A DNA stretch of 64,000 nucleotides from Pedobacter sp. (GTDB taxonomy: Bacteria; Bacteroidota; Bacteroidia; Sphingobacteriales; Sphingobacteriaceae). Shown piece after piece: positions 50,692-60,922 of this stretch. The stretch covers positions 4,874,713 to 4,938,712 of the forward strand of contig NZ_OZ257244.1 in the NCBI RefSeq assembly GCF_965279535.1, read 5' to 3'. The notes below the pieces were generated by a model. The model had not been told where the DNA came from, did no database searches, and worked only from the letters and a program-made list of their open reading frames with translations. Made by a program: the position numbers and the translations under genes. Position 1 is the first letter of the stretch, and the number at the start of each line of letters is the position of its first letter.

Positions 50692-51522
50692 TTATTTCGG
50701 CCTGGTGCTTTCTTTTGCATGTTGCCTGCTGTGGATGTAATCGGAAGGAGACATGCCAAACTGCTTGGCAAAGTTTCTTCCAAAGTGGGTTTGTGAACTG
50801 TATCCCACCATTTCGGATACTTCATAAATTTTAAAGAAACCTTCATTTAACAACTCTGCTGCCTTTTTTAACCGGGCCAGGTTAATCAATTCATTCGGGG
50901 TAAGGTCGGATATGGATTTGATCTTTCTATATAAGGTGGGCCTGCTCATATTCATATGTTCTGCCAGGTGCTCAACATCCAGATCCTGATTGTCTAAGTT
51001 TTTAATTATAGTTTCCTGGAGCTTTTCTAAAAACTGTTCATCACCCTTAGAGTATGCCATTGTTTTGATATGAATTAGTGGCGAGCTTGCAAAATAGGCT
51101 TTGATTTTATTTCGGTTTTTGATTAAGGATGATACTTGTACCTGTAAAAATTCAGGAGAAAATGGTTTCTCTATATAGGCATCTGCACCAAGTTCGATAC
51201 CCTCAATTTTAGATTGCAAAGTGTTTTTTGCGGTAAGTAATATTACCGGGATATGGCTGAATTCGAGACTGGATTTAATCCTGCTACAAAGTTCAAAGCC
51301 ATCCATTTTGGGCATCATAACGTCGCTTATCACGAGTTGGATAATTTCTTTATTCAAAATTTCCAGCGCTTCTACACCGTCTCTGGCCTGCCGTACCTCG
51401 AATTTTTCAGACAGGTCATCGGCAATAAAATCCAGTATATCTTCATTGTCATCTACTAAAAGGATAATGGATTTTTCTTCCTGTTGCTGTCCCTGCATAT
51501 CGGCTGCTAAAGTTTTTTCCAT
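50692..51522 (-). CDS. Response regulator (REC + AraC-type HTH), output half of a split HTCS
   Basis: ILLVDDNEDI, SDVMMPKMDG, PVILLTAK and SEMVGYSSQTHFGRNFAKQFG. Confidence 0.93.
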   Translation of the reverse strand: MEKTLAADMQGQQQEEKSIILLVDDNEDILDFIADDLSEKFEVRQARDGVEALEILNKEIIQLVISDVMMPKMDGFELCSRIKSSLEFSHIPVILLTAKNTLQSKIEGIELGADAYIEKPFSPEFLQVQVSSLIKNRNKIKAYFASSPLIHIKTMAYSKGDEQFLEKLQETIIKNLDNQDLDVEHLAEHMNMSRPTLYRKIKSISDLTPNELINLARLKKAAELLNEGFFKIYEVSEMVGYSSQTHFGRNFAKQFGMSPSDYIHSRQHAKESTRPK

Positions 51523-54500
51523 TTGCCTTTTAAATTAAATTCGATGAGTTGATGGATTGGAAGTTCGAGTATAAAGATATTATGATTATTGTTATGTTCA
51601 TCCACAAATAATTTCCCATGGTGAAGTTCTGCAAGCGATTTTGAAATAGATAAGCCTATGCCCGTACCATGCTTAATTTCTGTTTCCGTAGCCCTGAAAA
51701 AAGGTTCAAATATTTTTTCTTTAAGCTCTTTTGGAATAAGTGGCCCATCACTTTCTACAAAAATTTGAAAATAGTCCTGATTTACAACAGGAAAGAGGCT
51801 AATGGTCACCATGCGTTCACCATATTTTAGGGCATTATCAGTTAGGTTACTCATGATTTTATACAGCGCCTCGACGTCCACATATGCTTCTATAGTATTT
51901 TCGGGGAGTTGCAAAACATAATGGATTTCCTGTTGCTCGGCTGCGGCCTGAAAGCTTAGAAATATATCCTGCAGGATTTCATTGATATTCGCTTTTACAA
52001 AATTAAGGGAGAAATTCTTAATTTCCGTTTTGCGGAAATCGAGCAGTTGATTGGTTAATGAAAGGAGCCTGTTGGTATTCCTATCCATTATTTTTAAATT
52101 TTTTTCTATAGCAGGTACACTTTCGGCCAGTTTAATTACCTTTTCCATAGGCCCTTTTATAAGGGTAAGTGGTGTTCTGATTTCATGCGCAACATTGGTA
52201 AAAAATTCGATTTTTGCCTGATAAATTTCCTTCTCTTTCTTATTCTCGAAAAGCTCCATCCGCCTTTTATTTTTAGTTTCAATTCTGCGGTGATAGCGCA
52301 TTACCAGGTAAATAATCAAGGCAGAGGCAAGAATGAAATATAGAAAATAGGCTAAAGGACTCTTATAAAAAGGAGGTAAAACCTTGATTAATATTTTAAC
52401 ATTCTTTTGGCTCCAGTTATTGCTGCCATTGATTAGTGCTTTAGCCTCAAAAGTATAAGTACCAGCGGCTAGTTTGGTAAAGTATACTTTTCTGTTGGTT
52501 TTAAGGTAAACCCAGGTTTTATTTAAGCCACTCATTTTGTAGGCATACTCCGTCATGTCAGGCGAAGCATAACCCAGGGCAGCAAAATCAAAACTGAAAG
52601 AAGATTGATCATCTTTAATAATGAGTGTATCAGTATAAATAATCGATTTTTTAAGCACCGAATCAGGACCATTTACTAAGGTTTCTTCGTTGTCGATCTG
52701 AAAACCTGTTAAAAAAACAGGTGGCTGGATATTGGTATTCCTTAAGTTCGCAGGTAAAAAACTAATCAAACCTTTTACGCTTCCGAAATAGAAGCGACCG
52801 TCTGTATCTTTAAAGGATGAGCTGTAGTTAAATTGATCAGTTAATAATCCGTTAGACCTGGAATAGGTTTTGATCTGTTTACTTTCAGGATCGAAACGAA
52901 TCAAACCCCGGGTGCTGCTAATCCATAACTTTTGATCTTCATCTTCCAGTATCCTGAAAATAGAATTGCTGGGAAAACCGTCTTTTGTTCCGAAATGGAT
53001 AAAACTTTCGCTGTTGGCATCAAAAAGGTTGAGTCCGCCACCATCAGTAGTTACCCAGATGTTGTGTCGACTATCTTCAAAAACGCTGTTTACACTGTTA
53101 TGGCTAAGCGATTTTTTGTCGCCAGCTATATTTCTATAATTTTTAAACCCTTTTTTATCCAAACGGAACTTGTAAATGCCGTCATTAAAGCTGCTAGCCC
53201 AGATATTACCTTTGCTATCTTCCATAACGGCATCATAAAAGAACATGGGCACCTCCGGAATAGGCTCAAAGAAATCTTTACCGGGGATATAACGGTATAA
53301 ACCATAAATAGTTGCAACAAGGATATCACCTTTACTTGTTTTGCAAAAGGAAACAATAAAATTGGTTCGGAGTCCGTTTTTATCACTGGCGGTATAATGT
53401 TTTACCACCTTTCGGCTTTTAATATCCATAATATCGAGACCATGCTCAAAAGTTCCGATCCACAGTTTATCACCATCTACCAGCAGGCCGTGAATGTTAT
53501 AGTAAGCAATGCTATGCGGAGTTCCATCGGGTAGGAAATTTTCAAACAGACCTGTTTTGGCATCGAGTTTATTTAAACCTGCATCTTCAGTACCTATCCA
53601 TAAGTTACCATCATTGTCTTTACATATTTCACGAACATCACTTCCGCTAATAGAATTACTTCCTTTTTGAGGAAAATATTTAGTAAATACTGCATACTGG
53701 CTTGAATAATAGTTAATTCCGCCAAAATAAGTGCCAGCCCAAATGCCTCCTTCACGGTCGCGGTAAACGGTATAAATGGCATTGTCGGATAGGGCATAAA
53801 AATTATTATACTGCTTTTGCAGGTGCGCTAACTGCCCGTTCTGGCTATTGTAGATGTACACACCTGATTCTGTGCCAATCCAAAATTCATGCTCTTTAGA
53901 TTGAAGGATATCTCTGACAAAAATGGAGGTTTTATCTTCATTAAATGTTTTAAGATTGCTGATGGAATAAGTTTTGAGATCGAAGAGCTTTAATCCCTGG
54001 TTTGCTGTTCCAACCAGAAGTTTTCCGTTACCGGCATCAAGGATCTTGGTGGTCCAGCCACTTTCCTTACTTTTACTCATTACATAATGAGATTCAAAAT
54101 TGCCCTGCAGCGGATTATACTTTTCTAATGTTCCCTGCATGCTACTGATCCAGATTGCCCCATCATTGGTGATGCAGATTGAATTTGCTGAAAAGGGTGC
54201 TTTTTGGTTAAAAGGATAAAACCGCTTTTCTGCCGTATGATAAGTAAATAGCCTGCCCAGCGAAACAATCCAGAGATTTCCTTTCCTGTCACTCTGAACA
54301 TCATTGATGCGCATGTCTTTAGTTTCGGGAATGAGTTTAAAACTTTCTTGCTGTGGGTTATACAGGTATACCCCTTTATTGGTGCCTATCCAGAGCCTGT
54401 GCTGTTTGTCGGTATGTAAAGCATAAATAAGATCATTGCCTATGCTTTTGGGATCTTCATCGTTATGGCGATAAGTTTTAAAGGTGTAACCATCAAAGCG

Positions 54501-54674
54501 ATTTAAACCATCCTTAGTACCAAACCACATGAAGCCTTTATCATCCTGGACAGCGCAGAAAACAGTATTGTTTGATAATCCATTCTCTACCTGGTAGCGT
54601 CTGAAATAATAGGGCTGAGCCATGATGAGCTTACTCATCAATAAGAAGAAAAATAGGATGGCTGGTTTTTTCAA
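51507..54674 (-). CDS. Sensor histidine kinase with beta-propeller and Y_Y_Y domains, no receiver domain
   Basis: FMWFGTKDGLNRFDG blades, FFTNVAHEIRTPLTLI, NLTDNALKY and GTGIGLSI. The protein ends just after the HATPase domain. Confidence 0.93.
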   Translation of the reverse strand: MKKPAILFFFLLMSKLIMAQPYYFRRYQVENGLSNNTVFCAVQDDKGFMWFGTKDGLNRFDGYTFKTYRHNDEDPKSIGNDLIYALHTDKQHRLWIGTNKGVYLYNPQQESFKLIPETKDMRINDVQSDRKGNLWIVSLGRLFTYHTAEKRFYPFNQKAPFSANSICITNDGAIWISSMQGTLEKYNPLQGNFESHYVMSKSKESGWTTKILDAGNGKLLVGTANQGLKLFDLKTYSISNLKTFNEDKTSIFVRDILQSKEHEFWIGTESGVYIYNSQNGQLAHLQKQYNNFYALSDNAIYTVYRDREGGIWAGTYFGGINYYSSQYAVFTKYFPQKGSNSISGSDVREICKDNDGNLWIGTEDAGLNKLDAKTGLFENFLPDGTPHSIAYYNIHGLLVDGDKLWIGTFEHGLDIMDIKSRKVVKHYTASDKNGLRTNFIVSFCKTSKGDILVATIYGLYRYIPGKDFFEPIPEVPMFFYDAVMEDSKGNIWASSFNDGIYKFRLDKKGFKNYRNIAGDKKSLSHNSVNSVFEDSRHNIWVTTDGGGLNLFDANSESFIHFGTKDGFPSNSIFRILEDEDQKLWISSTRGLIRFDPESKQIKTYSRSNGLLTDQFNYSSSFKDTDGRFYFGSVKGLISFLPANLRNTNIQPPVFLTGFQIDNEETLVNGPDSVLKKSIIYTDTLIIKDDQSSFSFDFAALGYASPDMTEYAYKMSGLNKTWVYLKTNRKVYFTKLAAGTYTFEAKALINGSNNWSQKNVKILIKVLPPFYKSPLAYFLYFILASALIIYLVMRYHRRIETKNKRRMELFENKKEKEIYQAKIEFFTNVAHEIRTPLTLIKGPMEKVIKLAESVPAIEKNLKIMDRNTNRLLSLTNQLLDFRKTEIKNFSLNFVKANINEILQDIFLSFQAAAEQQEIHYVLQLPENTIEAYVDVEALYKIMSNLTDNALKYGERMVTISLFPVVNQDYFQIFVESDGPLIPKELKEKIFEPFFRATETEIKHGTGIGLSISKSLAELHHGKLFVDEHNNNHNIFILELPIHQLIEFNLKGKWKKL

Positions 54675-54887
54675 TGCTGTTTATACTCGGTTGTTCAAAT
54701 ATATCAAAGAAATGGTTCGATTTCGGGATTTTGACTGCAGTTTGCTTTTTTACATGCCAGTAAGTATCACTGCAGTCATAAGATAGCTTTAATGTTTTGA
54801 ATCGTGTTATAAGTGTTATTTTATTGATAAACAGTGTGTTATTTGGAGGTTGGCGAGTGCTAAAACTGAGCAGGTTGGGAAAAAAAA

Positions 54888-54953
54888 GAGACAAATTGAG
54901 GAAATATTGATACAAATGCAGCGCTTAGCAGGGGCTTAAAAGCATCATATTTG
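54888..54953 (+). promoter_or_regulatory. Putative activator site and promoter of the last PUL
   Basis: GAGACAAAT (54888) and GATACAAAT (54909), 21-bp period. Variant -7 element CATATTTG at 54946-54953. Confidence 0.5.
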
Positions 54954-55013
54954 TTTGTTGCTTAACCACATCTAGCGGGTTTTAACAGCAGAGCTAACCA
55001 AATAACAATTCTT

Positions 55014-58000
55014 ATGAGAAAAATTTTATCCTCTTCAGGAGGAGCCAAATGGCCTACATGGTCTCCTCTACAAAATCCTTTTAGTAAGCCAAAAATGCTG
55101 TTTTTGATTTTTGGATTCTTAATTGTGCTTTGCACGGGTAATGTTTATGCCCAGGAGCAGGCCACGGTAACGGGAACAGTTACCGACGAAAAAGGAGAGA
55201 GCTTAGTTGGCGTGAGTATCAAAGTTAAGGATGCCACTACTACAACCACTACCGATGGGAGTGGTAAGTATAAAATTGTAGCCGCTAAAAATGCTACATT
55301 GATATTTATCTACGTAGGCTATGCCAATCAGGAAGTTGCCATCAACGGACGTACTACTGTTAATGCTAAATTAAAATCTTCTTCTACAGATTTAACCGAT
55401 GTAGTAGTAGTAGGTTATGGTACGCAGAAAAAAGAAGCCATTACTGGAGCAGTTGCCACCATTAGCAGCAAAGATTTTGAAAAGGTACATGGTGGATCTA
55501 CTGTAAGTACAGGTCTGGCAGGAAAACTGGCTGGGGTTTCTTTCCGGATGCCCGATGGAAGACCAGGAGCAAGTGCCAATATTCAAATCCGGAACATGGG
55601 TGATCCTTTGTACGTAATTGATGGAATTCAGCAGGATGCCGGGCAGTTTAACAATATTTCTCCTAACGATATAGAAAGCATTACAGTTTTAAAAGATGCA
55701 TCGGCAGCGATTTATGGTAGCCGTTCAGCAAATGGGGTAATTATCGTAACCACTAAAAAAGGTAAAAACAGTACACGAAATTCTTTCTCTGTTGATGCTT
55801 ATACCGGTTGGCAAAACTGGGTGAGGTTCCCGGAAACAACCGATGCCTATCAGTGGATGCTGGGGAAAGCGACCGCCGAAATGAATGCCAACGGAAAAAC
55901 CGATATTACACAGGCAGAATTAGATAAATGGAAAGCAGGAACCGAGTATGGCTACCAAAGTCAGAATTGGAAAGATGTGATTATTTCGCCAAATGCCCCA
56001 CAGTCTTCAGTAAATTTAAGCGCTTCAGGCGGATCGGATAAGTTAACATACTATATCTCCGCTACCCATTTAGATCAAAAAGGTGTTTATGGGACAGCAC
56101 GAGAGTTCGAATTTAACCGTACCAACATTCAAAGTAATGTAGAAGCTAAGATTACCGATCGTTTTAAAGTGAACATGTTAATCAATGGTCGTGTAGAAAC
56201 CAGAGATCAACCAGGTGTACCGGGCGGAGATGATTACTGGGCGGCCCGTTTCGCACTATTGAGAAACCGCCCAACTGAACAGGCCTATGCCAATGGTAAT
56301 CCAAATTACCCTAATGATATTGGGCACAATACCGAGCAGTTCGCCGTTCAAAGTAAGGCCTTAAGTGGTTATTGGAAATCAGACTGGAGAGTTTTACAAA
56401 CCAACTTAACGGCAACCTATAACACACCGATTACAGGTTTGGAAGTAAAAGGACTTTATTCTTATTACATTGCAGACAACGTAATTAACGGTCATGAATA
56501 CACTTATAATGTATATACCTACCATCCCGAAACAGGTGTTTATGAACAAAAAGTAGGAAGTTCTAACCCTTATCGTGAGCGTAGAAATGAAAAGGTTTTA
56601 ACCAATACTTATCAATTACAGGCCAATTATAACCGTACTTTCGGCAAGCATACTGTTGGCGCTTTACTGTTAGCAGAAAGATTGGATCGTTTCCGTACTT
56701 ATACTTTCCAGCATGCAGTACCTCAAACCAATGTTTTACCTGTACTCCAGTTTGCCGATATGGATGGGCAGGATTTTACTGATCAGCAACAAGAGGAAGC
56801 CCGTATTGGTTACGTAACCAGGTTAAACTACAACTACGATAATAAATACTATGTTGAATTTTCCGGAAGAAGAGATGCTTCCTGGAAATTTGCTCCAGAC
56901 AGGCGTGTAGGTTATTTTCCTTCTGCTTCTATTGGCTGGAGAATCACTCAGGAGGGATTTATGAAGTCTCTTTTAGGTGAAAACAGTATTTTAGACGATT
57001 TGAAATTCCGTGCCTCATACGGGATATTGGGAGATGATAATATCAACCTGGATCCTTTTGCTTACTTGCCAGGGTATACCTATAATGTGGGTACTGTTAT
57101 TTTGGATGGAAAAACAATTACCACCTCAAGAGATAAAGGACCAATCATTAATACTTTAAGTTGGTTTAAGAGCAGAATCGCTGACGTAGGAGCTGATTTC
57201 TCCCTGTTCGGTTCTAAATTGAATGGTACTGTTGATTATTTTTACCGTAAACGTACCGGGCTGCGGGGAACAAAAAATGATATCCTCGTACCAGCAGAGC
57301 TAGGTTACAATCTTCCTGATTACAACATTAACAGCGATGCGCAATATGGAGCAGAGTTTTCTTTAAACTATCGCAACAAAATTGGAGAATTCAATTACAA
57401 CGTTGGTGGTAATTTTTCTATCACCAGAAGTAAGTTCTTAGAATCATATAAACCCCGTTTCAATAACTCATGGGATCAATACCGCAACTCTTTAGAAAAC
57501 AGATACAATAATATTTTCTGGGGATATGAAGTTACCGGACAATTTCAAAGTATTGATGAAATCAACAACTATAGGGTAAATATCGATGGAAAAGGAAACC
57601 GAACCTTGCTTCCCGGAGATTTAATCTATAAAGATCAAAATGGCGATGGTGTTATTGATGGGCTTGATGAACGTCCTATTGGTTATACCACTACCGGCCA
57701 GCCGAATGTTATGTATGGTTTCACCATTGGTGGTTCATGGAAAAACTTTGACTTTACTGCCGATTTTTCTGGTGGCTCATTGTACTCCTGGAATCAGAAC
57801 TGGGAGCAAAGATGGCCCTTCCAAAATACCGGAGCCTTATTGCAAAACTTTGCTGATGACAGCTGGCACAGAACAAACCTATATGATTTGAATAGCCCCT
57901 GGGTTTCTGGTAAATATCCTGCTATGCGTTTTAACGATAATCAGTTGAGTAACTATAATAAGAACTCTACTTTTTGGTTGCACAATGTAAGCTATTTGCG

Positions 58001-58211
58001 TGCACGTACTTTAGAATTAGGTTATACTATTCCTAAAAGATGGTCTGAAAAAATTAAAATTCAAAGTGCAAGGATTTATGTTAACGGTTACAATCTTTTC
58101 TCTCTTGATAACTTAAGCGATTATGGTGTGGATCCGGAGATTGCTGATGATAATGGTTTACAATATCCTCAAAACAAGTTTTACAATATCGGTTTCAAAT
58201 TAACGCTGTAA
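55014..58211 (+). CDS. SusC/RagA TonB-dependent receptor
   Basis: [33 protein letters not shown], terminal GFKLTL. Confidence 0.95.
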   Translation: MRKILSSSGGAKWPTWSPLQNPFSKPKMLFLIFGFLIVLCTGNVYAQEQATVTGTVTDEKGESLVGVSIKVKDATTTTTTDGSGKYKIVAAKNATLIFIYVGYANQEVAINGRTTVNAKLKSSSTDLTDVVVVGYGTQKKEAITGAVATISSKDFEKVHGGSTVSTGLAGKLAGVSFRMPDGRPGASANIQIRNMGDPLYVIDGIQQDAGQFNNISPNDIESITVLKDASAAIYGSRSANGVIIVTTKKGKNSTRNSFSVDAYTGWQNWVRFPETTDAYQWMLGKATAEMNANGKTDITQAELDKWKAGTEYGYQSQNWKDVIISPNAPQSSVNLSASGGSDKLTYYISATHLDQKGVYGTAREFEFNRTNIQSNVEAKITDRFKVNMLINGRVETRDQPGVPGGDDYWAARFALLRNRPTEQAYANGNPNYPNDIGHNTEQFAVQSKALSGYWKSDWRVLQTNLTATYNTPITGLEVKGLYSYYIADNVINGHEYTYNVYTYHPETGVYEQKVGSSNPYRERRNEKVLTNTYQLQANYNRTFGKHTVGALLLAERLDRFRTYTFQHAVPQTNVLPVLQFADMDGQDFTDQQQEEARIGYVTRLNYNYDNKYYVEFSGRRDASWKFAPDRRVGYFPSASIGWRITQEGFMKSLLGENSILDDLKFRASYGILGDDNINLDPFAYLPGYTYNVGTVILDGKTITTSRDKGPIINTLSWFKSRIADVGADFSLFGSKLNGTVDYFYRKRTGLRGTKNDILVPAELGYNLPDYNINSDAQYGAEFSLNYRNKIGEFNYNVGGNFSITRSKFLESYKPRFNNSWDQYRNSLENRYNNIFWGYEVTGQFQSIDEINNYRVNIDGKGNRTLLPGDLIYKDQNGDGVIDGLDERPIGYTTTGQPNVMYGFTIGGSWKNFDFTADFSGGSLYSWNQNWEQRWPFQNTGALLQNFADDSWHRTNLYDLNSPWVSGKYPAMRFNDNQLSNYNKNSTFWLHNVSYLRARTLELGYTIPKRWSEKIKIQSARIYVNGYNLFSLDNLSDYGVDPEIADDNGLQYPQNKFYNIGFKLTL

Positions 58212-58230
58212 ACATCCAAAATTTAAAATA

Positions 58231-60126
58231 ATGAAAAAATACATCTATATATTGTCTGCTGTTGCATTATTAACCTTTGGAGAATCATGCAAAAAAGACT
58301 CAGAATTTTTAGATAAACAGCCTACCAATACCCTCGATATTGAGGCTACCTGGAAGGATCCAAACTTGGTTTTATCTGTAATTGGTGATTTGTATGATCG
58401 CTATCCGGATTTTCAAAGAATAGAATCCTGGTGGTTATTTGCTGATTTTGATGAGGGTTTTGCTTCAGCCGGAGGTGATTATTTTCGACACCAGAATCTG
58501 GAATATAATTATGATTCATGGAACATGTGGGATTATGCCTACGTTCGCGACCTGAATAATTTTATTAAAAAAGGAGAAGAATCTACCACTTTAAAACAAG
58601 CGGATAAAGATCGTTTCCTGGCCGAAGCAAGATTCATCCGTGCAGGTCTTTATTTTGAAATGGTTAAAAGGATGGGTGGTGTACCTTTAATTACAGAGCC
58701 TTTAACTTATGACTTTAGCGGAGACCCTACTTACCTGCAACGTCCTAGAGCAAAAGAAACAGAAGTTTATGATTTCGTAATTGCAGAATTAGAAGCCATT
58801 AAAGGCCTTTTGCCTAACTCGGCAACAGTTCAGAGCAGGGCAACCAAAGCTGCAGCCTTAGCAATGGAATCAAGAGCTGCACTATATGCCGGATCTATTG
58901 CAAAATACAGTACATCGCAACTGATGCTTCCAAATGGCGAAGTAGGTATTCCGGCCGCTTTAGCCAATGCCTATTTTACGAAATCGCTAAATGCCGCTAA
59001 AGAAATTATAACAGATGGTAAATATTCACTTTACCAGAAAAACCCAAATCTATCAGAGAATTTTGCCAGTTTATTTACGGATAAAGGAAATAATCCGGAA
59101 GTAATCTTTGTGAAAGACTTCAAATTGAAAACCAATAAGGTTCATGGATTTACCATTGATAACCAGCCACGTTCTTCTGCAGAGGAAGCACAGGGCGGGC
59201 GTTTAAATCCATCTTTGAATTTGGTTCAATCTTTCGAGAAATTAGATAATACATACGCCTCTTTTCCAATTACCGATGGTTCTGGAAACCCGGTTTATTA
59301 TACTGGTATTACAGATATTTTTGCAGGTAGAGATGCCCGTTTAGCCGGAACGGTTATTTTACCCGGAACTTTGTTCAAAGGAAATAGGGTAGATATCTGG
59401 GCAGGCTATCAACTGGCTAATGGAAGCATTGTTACCGGAGATAATTTTGGACAAAGTAAAACTGATGTACTCCCTGGAAATCCTGGAAGTGTACAGGTAG
59501 TTGGTGGCGATGGGCCTGTTGATGGTTTGGAATTCAGTGCTCAATCAGGCTTTTATGTTCGCAAATATTTAGATCCTGCTGCAGGTTCCGGCCAGATTGG
59601 TACCAGAAGCGAAGTTTGGTGGATCAGGTATCGCTATGCAGAAGTTTTGTTAAACGCTGCTGAAGCGGCATTTCAATTGGGCGATTTAGGAGCAGCTGCA
59701 GGTTATTTGAAACCCGTAAGAGATAGAGCTGGTTTAACTACTGCCTTAACCGCTGCTGATATGACTTTCGATCGCATCGTACACGAACGTAAGGTAGAAC
59801 TGGCTTTCGAAGGACATGAACTTTGGGATATGAAACGTTGGAGATTAGCCGATAAAGTTTGGAACGGCAATAATATGAGCAATGCTGATTTTATTAATGC
59901 CACGAATATAGGTTCGGCAACCAGAACCAGTACACAGGTGTTTGGTTTGTGGCCTTACAAATATTACAATCCAGGTAATGCAAATCACAATAAATACATT
60001 TTCAAAGTAGTAAAACCAAGCCGTGTAACCGCTGCACATCGTTTCCGTTTAGGCAATTATTACTCGCTGATCAATCAGGATATCATCAACAGAAATCCGA
60101 AGATTGTAAGAAATCCAAATCAATAA
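58231..60126 (+). CDS. RagB/SusD family lipoprotein
   Basis: Lipobox FGESC, RFIRAGLYFEMVKRMGGVPL, YRYAEVLLNAAEA and ERKVELAFEGHELWDMKRW. Confidence 0.95.
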   Translation: MKKYIYILSAVALLTFGESCKKDSEFLDKQPTNTLDIEATWKDPNLVLSVIGDLYDRYPDFQRIESWWLFADFDEGFASAGGDYFRHQNLEYNYDSWNMWDYAYVRDLNNFIKKGEESTTLKQADKDRFLAEARFIRAGLYFEMVKRMGGVPLITEPLTYDFSGDPTYLQRPRAKETEVYDFVIAELEAIKGLLPNSATVQSRATKAAALAMESRAALYAGSIAKYSTSQLMLPNGEVGIPAALANAYFTKSLNAAKEIITDGKYSLYQKNPNLSENFASLFTDKGNNPEVIFVKDFKLKTNKVHGFTIDNQPRSSAEEAQGGRLNPSLNLVQSFEKLDNTYASFPITDGSGNPVYYTGITDIFAGRDARLAGTVILPGTLFKGNRVDIWAGYQLANGSIVTGDNFGQSKTDVLPGNPGSVQVVGGDGPVDGLEFSAQSGFYVRKYLDPAAGSGQIGTRSEVWWIRYRYAEVLLNAAEAAFQLGDLGAAAGYLKPVRDRAGLTTALTAADMTFDRIVHERKVELAFEGHELWDMKRWRLADKVWNGNNMSNADFINATNIGSATRTSTQVFGLWPYKYYNPGNANHNKYIFKVVKPSRVTAAHRFRLGNYYSLINQDIINRNPKIVRNPNQ

Positions 60127-60148
60127 TTTATTATCAAGACATAAGAAC

Positions 60149-60847
60149 ATGAAAAATAGAGTTTATATCATCATGCTACTAGCCACCGTAATTTTTGCTT
60201 CCTGTAAAAAGGATAATTACGATGCACCTGCGGCCGATTTTACTGGTCGGCTGGTATACAAGGGAGAAGCCATTGGCGTACAGTACGGAAACGTAAATTT
60301 TGAACTTTGGCAACCTGGTTTTGGTAATAATGGCGCCATCAATGTAAACGTCACCCAGGAAGGAACTTTCGGAGCAAAATTATTTGATGGTAACTATAAA
60401 TTGGTGTTTACTGCTAACCAAGGCCCTTTTTTATGGCCTAAAAATTCAGCAGGAAGACAAGATACCATAGCTGTGCAAATCAGTGGCAGTAAGACGATGG
60501 ATTTAGAGATATTGCCTTATTACATGATCAGAAGTGTTGCTGTTGCAGCAGCATCTGGTAAAGTAAATGCCAGTTGTAAATTAGAGAAAATCATCACTGA
60601 TGCAAATGCGAAGGATGTAGAACGTGTAAGTTTGTACATCAATAAAACCCAGTTTGTAGATGGAGGAAACAACATTGCTGCACAAGATTTAACAGGTACA
60701 GCCATTGCAGATTTGAACAATCTGAATATGTCAGTAACCATTCCTTCCCTTGTACCCACGCAAAACTATGTCTTTGCCCGTATTGGTGTGAAGATAGCAG
60801 GGGTGGAGGATATGATTTTTAGCCCTTCTCAAAAAGTAACTTTTTAA
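60149..60847 (+). CDS. DUF3823-like PUL lipoprotein
   Basis: Lipobox IFASC-KKDNY, GTFGAKLFDGNYKL, LEILPY; located after SusD. Confidence 0.75.
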   Translation: MKNRVYIIMLLATVIFASCKKDNYDAPAADFTGRLVYKGEAIGVQYGNVNFELWQPGFGNNGAINVNVTQEGTFGAKLFDGNYKLVFTANQGPFLWPKNSAGRQDTIAVQISGSKTMDLEILPYYMIRSVAVAAASGKVNASCKLEKIITDANAKDVERVSLYINKTQFVDGGNNIAAQDLTGTAIADLNNLNMSVTIPSLVPTQNYVFARIGVKIAGVEDMIFSPSQKVTF

Positions 60848-60863
60848 CTCTACCTATAAAAAA

Positions 60864-60902
60864 AGCTGTCGGGATAGCAGGTTTAAGATCTGCCCGACAG
60901 CT
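60864..60902 (+). other. Intra-operon stem-loop
   Basis: AGCTGTCGGG...CCCGACAGCT 10-bp perfect arms, preceded by an A run, with no U-tract after. Confidence 0.55.
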
Positions 60903-60922
60903 TCCTAATCATTCAAACACAC

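Noticed and set aside
51507-51522. Programmed frameshift fusing the sensor kinase to the response regulator at TGGAAAAAAC
   Set aside because: The A6 run is not a canonical X_XXY_YYZ heptamer in the sensor frame and is short for transcriptional slippage. The regulator has its own ATG.
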